A model generated the notes under the pieces. It did no database searches, was not told the origin of the DNA, and saw only the letters and a list, made by a program, of their open reading frames with translations. Below are positions 35,499 to 36,666 of a stretch of DNA of 36,666 nt, one piece after another; within the stretch, counting starts at the first letter, position 1; each line of letters opens with the position of its first letter. Source of the DNA: Trueperaceae bacterium. GTDB taxonomy: Bacteria; Deinococcota; Deinococci; Deinococcales; Trueperaceae. The stretch is taken from the NCBI GenBank assembly GCA_040905465.1, contig JBBDRK010000080.1, positions 1-36,666 on the forward strand, in the 5' to 3' direction. Position numbers and translations under genes: made by a program.

Positions 35499-36347
35499 TC
35501 AGGCTGTAGCGTCTTCGGGAACTTCCCTTTGCTCGCTCTCTCCCTTTGCCGACCCGGAGCCGGTTGCCGAAGAGTTGCCGCGGTTGGCTTCCGCGGGAGA
35601 GGCGCCGGCCAGTCGCTCTCGGCGGTGGCGCGGCAGACGTTCGCGTAGCGACAGAGCGTACTCGGACAACTGTAGCAACCCGTCGCTCACGTGGTGACGT
35701 AGGCAATACTCACCCTTGTCGACCCTCGCGATCAGATGGAACGGCGCCTGGCTCAGGAGCGCGAGGGTGGCGGCCACCTCCTCCCGGGAGATCTCGGGCT
35801 CGACCAGATCATCGAGCACGAACACCGACGGCGCCCGGAGGACGGCAAGGCGGGAGAGCACTGCCGACAGGACTCCTCGTTCGGCGATCAGCCGGCTTAT
35901 GGAGGTCTCGAACAGCTGGAGGCCGGGTCCGAACATCCCGCCCTTTTCGAAGTGGGGTTCCAGGTCGAACGGACCGATCAGGATGTTTTCGGCCAGGGTC
36001 TGGACTCGAGCGATCCCGTCCCAAGACCACAGGGTGGCACGGGCCAGCTCAGCGGGCGCCGTCAGACGGTGCAGGTCGCGGTGGTCCCCGAATACAGCCA
36101 GGTGATCGGCCGACTGTTCCCGGCGGCGCGCGAGGAGCGCGGCCCAATCGAGCCGCTCGCCCTCTACCAGCACACGAACCAGCACCGTATGCTGTCGCCG
36201 GCCCAACTCGGCCCGCGCCAGCAGCATTCCGTGCGACAGACCTTCGACTCGGTAACCGAATCCGCCCAGGGCGTCTCGCGCCCGGTTAACCGACTTGAGG
36301 TCGACACCCGGCCCCTTCGAGTTCAACGCCGCTTCGCCCGGGAACAT
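35499..36347 (-). CDS. Hypothetical protein (282 aa)
   Basis: Long ORF with GAGAGG RBS and globular composition. No family recognised. Confidence 0.75.
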   Translation of the reverse strand: MFPGEAALNSKGPGVDLKSVNRARDALGGFGYRVEGLSHGMLLARAELGRRQHTVLVRVLVEGERLDWAALLARRREQSADHLAVFGDHRDLHRLTAPAELARATLWSWDGIARVQTLAENILIGPFDLEPHFEKGGMFGPGLQLFETSISRLIAERGVLSAVLSRLAVLRAPSVFVLDDLVEPEISREEVAATLALLSQAPFHLIARVDKGEYCLRHHVSDGLLQLSEYALSLRERLPRHRRERLAGASPAEANRGNSSATGSGSAKGESEQREVPEDATA

Positions 36348-36367
36348 GACGCCTCTCGGATAGGGCG

Positions 36368-36664
36368 TTACCGCCGCGCGCCTGACTGTGCCGCCTTCGC
36401 GGTCTGAGCCGGCGAGCCCGCCATCGGTAGCCTCGCGATGCTCGCCGCCGGAAACGGAGCGGCGGCCGGAATCGCCGAGCCGAGCTCGCCTTCTCTGAGC
36501 CCGTTCCTCACTACTGTCAGGATGCCGACCCGGCAGCGGATGACCTGTCTGCTGGTAACCGCCGGGCTCGCTACCGGCAGCGGACTCGGCGGCAGCACCG
36601 AACTGAGCGCCGCCCGCCGGAGCGGTTCGCCGGTCTCGCTCGTCAGTGAATGACTCAGTTGTTG
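36368..36664 (-). CDS. Possible 3' end of a hypothetical CDS entering from the window edge
   Basis: Frame is open from the edge to TAA at 36370-36368 and stops 20 nt before the next minus-strand gene. Pro/Ala/Ser-rich. Confidence 0.4.
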   Translation of the reverse strand, partial: QQLSHSLTSETGEPLRRAALSSVLPPSPLPVASPAVTSRQVIRCRVGILTVVRNGLREGELGSAIPAAAPFPAASIARLPMAGSPAQTAKAAQSGARR

Positions 36665-36666
36665 AC

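Overview
GC-rich bacterial chromosomal window. Gene content (carH/litR-ldrP pair, M32 carboxypeptidase, compact CarB, many TANNNT boxes directly before start codons) suggests Deinococcota, probably Truepera-like (inference). Most of it is housekeeping: lpdA (stop just off-window), csbD-like, leuS, AAA kinase, maf-mreC, bcp-rpiA-acpS, ldrP/carH, rnhA, M20 peptidase, LuxR response regulator, stand-alone dsRBD protein, CPA1 antiporter, Crp, mrpA-G, DsbA-like, M32 carboxypeptidase, dynamin-like GTPase, pheA, S4 protein and carB. I saw no rRNA, tRNA, CRISPR array or transposase. Three things stand out. (1) An accessory three-gene minus-strand unit at 27150-30201 encodes a secreted protein with an internal double-glycine-type leader motif and an aerolysin/ETX-MTX2-like beta-pore core, a secreted beta-rich partner, and a divergent TolC-like channel. 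(2) An unannotated 16-aa leader peptide with two rare CTA Leu codons and mutually exclusive hairpins lies upstream of leuS (candidate attenuator). (3) A CarH/LitR homologue has degenerate AdoB12 motifs but a consensus promoter and an 11-bp-periodic operator-like site. All family calls come from reading motifs by eye; no searches were run.
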